Under the pieces are notes generated by a model, which ran no database searches, was not told where the DNA came from, and worked only from the letters and a program-made list of their open reading frames with translations. Positions 16,211 to 20,000 of a DNA stretch of 20,000 bases are shown piece by piece. The DNA is from an uncultured virus (IMG/VR IMGVR_UViG_2908492839_000003) (lineage: Duplodnaviria > Heunggongvirae > Uroviricota > Caudoviricetes): IMG/VR virus record IMGVR_UViG_2908492839_000003, positions 59,804-79,803 of that record, one strand, 5' to 3'. The position numbers were made by a program, and so were the translations under genes. How positions within the stretch are numbered: position 1 is the first letter of the stretch; each line of letters opens with the position of its first letter.

Positions 16211-17227
16211 CTACTCCGCGACTTCGATGTTCTCGACCACGCAGCCGAGGCCGTAGTCCTCGACGACGTAGGCGTCGTTGCTGGACTCGTAGTTCTCGAT
16301 GCGGTTCTTCTCCGGTACCTCCTTCAGGTAGCGGCGGCGACCGCCGATCTGCCAGTAGAGCGACAGGTTCTTCAGGGTGGTGACCATGAGGCCCTTCTCG
16401 GGCACGTAGGGCACTTCCACCGGCGGCAGGCCGCCCATGCGCTTCTGCGACAGGATGAGGTCGGTGGCGATCTTCTCGGTTGCCGGCTGGTCCTTGTTCA
16501 CCATCGGGAAGTACTTGTCGTGGACCAGCTCGCGGCCGAGGATCACCACCAGGCCCGGGTCGCGGCGGTGCCAGGGATCGATCAGGCTGCTGACCACGTC
16601 GAACACCAGGGCGTCGAGGTTCTTGTAGTCGGCGTCGGCGCCGTTGCCGACTACCACCTTGCCGGCGGCCTTCCCTTCCTTCAGTACCCGTGCCGGAGCG
16701 TTGGTGCGGTACTGCTGGAACCAGCCAATGTTCACGTCCTGCAGCAGCGGGTTGGCGGCGCGGTTGGTGGTAGCCGCGGCGCTGGTACCGTTGAAGCCGA
16801 TCATCAGGCGGTCGAGGGCCTGGCGCTTGAGAATCGCGTCGCGCAGCAGGGCCTGGAACTCCGGGAACTTGGCCCAGGCGTCGAGCATGGCGTAGGTGAT
16901 GGCGGTGTCGAAATCGGTGTGCTTGCACTCGTAGCGCTGGTTGTCGAGCGTGGACACGTCACGCGGCTTGCGTACACCGTCGCCGGTGGTATCGGTACGG
17001 CTGGCGATGGTGCCGCTGACGCCGATGCCGATCTTCTCGCCTTGCAGCTCGTCGACGCCGTAGACGTTGATCTGCTTCAGGAACTCGCTGGACTCCTGAA
17101 TACGTTGCTCCAGCTTCTGCTGGACACTCGGCTCGACGGCGAAGGTCTGGACGGCGGAGTTCACGCCGTTGAGCTTGGCGAGCTGCGCCAGGTAGGCGTC
17201 GAACTGTTTGCGGGTTTCGTTGCGCAT
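16211..17227 (-). CDS. gpN: Major capsid protein (P2 gpN)
   Basis: 338 aa, MRNETRKQF...FAVEPSVQQKLEQRIQESSEFL...LDAWAKFPEFQ...NPLLQDVNIGW...NYESSNDAYVVEDY. Confidence 0.97.
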   Translation of the reverse strand: MRNETRKQFDAYLAQLAKLNGVNSAVQTFAVEPSVQQKLEQRIQESSEFLKQINVYGVDELQGEKIGIGVSGTIASRTDTTGDGVRKPRDVSTLDNQRYECKHTDFDTAITYAMLDAWAKFPEFQALLRDAILKRQALDRLMIGFNGTSAAATTNRAANPLLQDVNIGWFQQYRTNAPARVLKEGKAAGKVVVGNGADADYKNLDALVFDVVSSLIDPWHRRDPGLVVILGRELVHDKYFPMVNKDQPATEKIATDLILSQKRMGGLPPVEVPYVPEKGLMVTTLKNLSLYWQIGGRRRYLKEVPEKNRIENYESSNDAYVVEDYGLGCVVENIEVAE

Positions 17228-17262
17228 GGTGCTTTTCCTTTGGATACCGGGGCGGGGGACGG

Positions 17263-18084
17263 TTAGCAGTCGGTCAGGGCGACACTGCCGCCACCGGTGA
17301 CCGGGGGCCGCTGCTGTTGGCTGTGGTCCCGGGTGCTATCGAGGGTGCTCTTGAGGTCCGCCAGTTCCTTGGTGACCTTGTCCAGTTGGCTGGCCAGTTG
17401 CTGGGTCTGCTTCTTCTGCTCGCCGAGTTGCTCGCCCAGGTCGCGGCTGTGTTCGGCGATCGCTTCGACGGCCTCGCCGACCTGGCCGAACTCGGCTTGG
17501 GTGCGGGCTTCCTTGCCCTTGAGCAGTTCCTTGACCTTGGTGAACAGCGCCGCGCCGACCGAGGGCTTTTCCTCGTATTCCTCGAACTCGAGGGTGCCCT
17601 CTTCGGCAGCGCTGAACAGCGTGTCGGGGTTGGTCTTGCGGCTGGCGAGAGTCCCGTTCTTGGCGCTGAAGGACAGCGCCTCGGTGCCCAGGCTGGCGGG
17701 TGAGTCGGTGATGGCCAGGCCGACCAAGTAGGCCTTGCCGGTGTCGGCGAACTTGGGATCGATCTCGACCGAGGTGTAGACCTTCTGCCGCTGCTTGTTC
17801 AGTTCCAGCAGCGCCTGGTTGGGCTCCAGTTGGGCGAAGAGTGCGAGCTTCTTCTGCCCGTTGATGTCGATCTCTTCCGCCTTGCACGCCAGCACGTCGC
17901 CATAGGCGCCGAACTCACCAGCCGGCCAGGCCCACTTGATGTGCTCGCAGTTGATCCGCGCGCCGTAGGTGTTCGGGTCGTACTGCGCGGCCATCTGCTC
18001 GATCCAGTCGCGCTCGATGTTGCGGCCGTCCGTGGTCGCCCCTTCGACGGCGATGCGGAACCATTTGCTGCGGAATTTCTTCAT
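17263..18084 (-). CDS. gpO: Capsid scaffolding protein/protease (P2 gpO)
   Basis: 273 aa from ATG 18084 (GAGGA RBS): KWFRIAVEGATTDGR...YGARINCEH...QKVYTSVE...YLVGLAITDSPASLGTE...LTDC. Confidence 0.95.
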   Translation of the reverse strand: MKKFRSKWFRIAVEGATTDGRNIERDWIEQMAAQYDPNTYGARINCEHIKWAWPAGEFGAYGDVLACKAEEIDINGQKKLALFAQLEPNQALLELNKQRQKVYTSVEIDPKFADTGKAYLVGLAITDSPASLGTEALSFSAKNGTLASRKTNPDTLFSAAEEGTLEFEEYEEKPSVGAALFTKVKELLKGKEARTQAEFGQVGEAVEAIAEHSRDLGEQLGEQKKQTQQLASQLDKVTKELADLKSTLDSTRDHSQQQRPPVTGGGSVALTDC

Positions 18085-18133
18085 GCCGGGAGTCCTCAAT
18101 GCGGCTGATGCGGGGTGCATGGCAATGAGGGGC

Positions 18134-18232
18134 ATGTTCGGGACGCGCGCGCGGCCCAGCAATCACGCGGGATTGTAGGGGGCGGAGCTACAAGGGGCGG
18201 CGCTACTGAGGGGCGAGGGTGGGCGGCAGCAT
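18134..18232. promoter_or_regulatory. Divergent late promoters pO/pP sharing one activator box
   Basis: TTGTAG-N9-CTACAA at 18173-18193; putative -10 GAACAT (minus, 18139-18134) and CAGCAT (plus, 18227-18232), each starting 44 nt from the box centre (18183). Confidence 0.75.
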
Positions 18233-18239
18233 CTGCGCC

Positions 18240-20000
18240 ATGAACGCTGCCGTCGAAATTCCCATCCGTGACAACCGTCGCCAGGCCAAATTCCTGTACT
18301 GGATGGGTTGGCGTGTCTGCGACATCGCCGATCACCTGGGCGAGAAGGACAAGACCCTTCACTCATGGAAGGACCGCGACGGATGGGACCGGGCCGACAG
18401 CGTAGAACGGATCGGAGGCGCCCTGGAAGCCCGGTTGGTTCAGTTGATCCTGAAGGACGGCAAGACCGGCGGTGACTACAAGGAAATCGACCTGCTGCAT
18501 CGGCAGCTTGAGCGCCAGGCGCGGATCCAGCGCTACCAGGGCGGTGGTACCGAAACCGACCTGAACCCCGAGCTTGCCAAGCGTAACGAAGGTCCCAAGC
18601 GCAAGCCGAAGCGCAACGACATCAGCGAGGAACTGACCGAGAAGCTGGTCGAGGCCTTCCTCGACGGTTGCTTCGACTACCAGAAAGACTGGTACCGCGC
18701 GGGCAATCAGCGAACACGCGTGATTCTCAAGTCGCGACAGATCGGCGCCACGTTCTACTTCGCCCGCGAGGCGCTGATCGACGCGCTGGAAACGGGGCGC
18801 AACCAGATATTCCTGTCGGCCAGCAAGGCCCAGGCGCACATCTTCAAGGCTTATATCCAGGCCTTCGCGCGCGATGCGGTAGGTGTCGAACTGAAGGGCG
18901 ACCCGATCATCCTGCCGAACGGCGCGGAACTGCACTTCCTCGGTACCAACGCGCGGACTGCCCAGGGTTACCACGGTAACTTCTACTTCGACGAGTTCTT
19001 CTGGACGTTCAAGCTCAAGGAGTTGAACAAGGTCGCCAGTGGTATGGCGATGCAGAAGCGCTACCGCCGGACCTACTTCTCGACGCCCAGCTCGATGGCG
19101 CATGAGGCCTACGCATTCTGGACTGGCGAGCGCTTCAACAAGGGCAAGCCGGCCGCCGATCGCATCAAGATCGACGTAAGTCATGACGCCCTGCAGCAAG
19201 GGCGACTGTGCGAGGACCGCATCTGGCGCCAGATCGTTACGATCCTCGATGCCGAGGCCCGTGGCTGCGACCTGTTCGACATCGACGAGCTGCGTCTCGA
19301 GTACGACGCCGAGGCTTTCCAGAACCTGCTGATGTGCCAGTTCGTCGACGACGGCGCGAGCATTTTCCCGCTGACCATGCTGCAACCATGCATGGTCGAT
19401 AGCTGGGACCTGTGGTCGGAGGACTACAAGCCGTTCGCGCTGCGGCCGTTCGGTGATCGCCAGGTGTGGCTGGGCTATGACCCCGCCGAGACGGGCGACA
19501 CCGCGGGTCTGGTGGTGGTGGCGCCGCCGGCGGTACCGGGCGGAAAGTTCCGCGTGCTGGAGCGCCATCAGTTCCGCGGCAAGGACTTCGCAGAGCAGGC
19601 CGAGTTCATCCGCAAGGTGACCCAGCGCTACTGGGTCACCTACATCGGCGTCGACACCACCGGCATGGGGTCTGGCGTCGCGCAGCTGGTGCGCCAGTTC
19701 TTCCCGGGGGTGCGCACCTTCAGCTACTCGCCCGAGGTGAAGACGCAGTTGGTCATGAAGGCCTGGTCGGTGATCAAGAACGGCCGCCTCGAATTCGACG
19801 CCGGCTGGACCGACCTAGCCCAGGCGCTGATGGCTATCCGCAAGACCATCACGGCCGGTGGGCGCCAGTTCACCTACACCGCCGGCCGCAACGACAACAC
19901 CGGCCACGCCGATCTGGCCTGGGCGCTATTCCACGCATTGCAGAACGAGCCGCTCGAGGGGCAGACCCCCGCGAATACCGGGCGCATGGAGATTTTTTGA
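18240..20000 (+). CDS. gpP: Terminase ATPase (large) subunit (P2 gpP)
   Basis: 586 aa from ATG 18240 to TGA at 20000; N-terminal HTH, Walker A KSRQIGAT, Walker B FYFDE, nuclease acidic motifs GYDPA, GVDTTG and HADLAWA. Confidence 0.96.
   Translation: MNAAVEIPIRDNRRQAKFLYWMGWRVCDIADHLGEKDKTLHSWKDRDGWDRADSVERIGGALEARLVQLILKDGKTGGDYKEIDLLHRQLERQARIQRYQGGGTETDLNPELAKRNEGPKRKPKRNDISEELTEKLVEAFLDGCFDYQKDWYRAGNQRTRVILKSRQIGATFYFAREALIDALETGRNQIFLSASKAQAHIFKAYIQAFARDAVGVELKGDPIILPNGAELHFLGTNARTAQGYHGNFYFDEFFWTFKLKELNKVASGMAMQKRYRRTYFSTPSSMAHEAYAFWTGERFNKGKPAADRIKIDVSHDALQQGRLCEDRIWRQIVTILDAEARGCDLFDIDELRLEYDAEAFQNLLMCQFVDDGASIFPLTMLQPCMVDSWDLWSEDYKPFALRPFGDRQVWLGYDPAETGDTAGLVVVAPPAVPGGKFRVLERHQFRGKDFAEQAEFIRKVTQRYWVTYIGVDTTGMGSGVAQLVRQFFPGVRTFSYSPEVKTQLVMKAWSVIKNGRLEFDAGWTDLAQALMAIRKTITAGGRQFTYTAGRNDNTGHADLAWALFHALQNEPLEGQTPANTGRMEIF

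Larger units (their letters stand above)
1..20000. mobile_element. P2-like (phiCTX-like) temperate phage/prophage, late structural and lysis gene region
   Basis: P2 synteny P | O-N-M-L-X-lysis-R-S-V-W-J-I-H-G-FI-FII-E/E'-T-U-D with recognisable proteins; GC-rich codon usage typical of Pseudomonas. Head and terminase genes are present, so it is not an R-pyocin. No integrase or att site in the window. Confidence 0.95.

Noticed and set aside
16206..16928. Open frame extending gene M 241 codons upstream into N (474-aa ORF), suggesting an N-M frameshift fusion
   Set aside because: The extension is Arg/Pro/Gly-rich shadow translation typical of GC-rich coding DNA. I saw no slippery site, and M has its own RBS and ATG at 16205.
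1..20000. R-type pyocin locus, or presence of the ctx cytotoxin gene
   Set aside because: Capsid, scaffold and terminase genes show this is a phage, not a tailocin. ctx, portal Q, cos, ogr and integrase would lie outside the window and cannot be assessed.
1..20000. CRISPR arrays, tRNA/rRNA genes, IS elements, pseudogenes
   Set aside because: None seen. Intergenic gaps are short and all core genes have intact frames of the expected size.

Overview
The window is the virion morphogenesis and lysis region of a P2-like temperate myovirus (Peduoviridae). It closely resembles Pseudomonas aeruginosa phage phiCTX and is probably a prophage. The GC-rich backbone follows P2 gene order. The terminase ATPase P is on the + strand and ends at the last base. 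A divergent - strand run contains O, N, M, L, X, two holin-like genes, a PG-binding/muramidase endolysin, spanins lysB/lysC, R, S, [accessory gene], V, W, J, I, H (tail fibre), the fibre chaperone, FI, FII, E/E' (programmed -1 frameshift), T, U and the start of D. All genes look intact. The main non-core element is a strongly AT-rich 242-aa gene between S and V, a known P2 accessory slot. It has a CxxH...CxxC cluster and a HEPN-like R-x6-H (RWANFLKH) motif, making it a candidate anti-phage defence moron. Three TTGTAG-N9-CTACAA late-activator boxes serve four promoters with identical spacing to their -10 hexamers. This geometry predicts leaderless mRNAs for V and P, and a hairpin that would hide the FI ribosome-binding site only on read-through transcripts.
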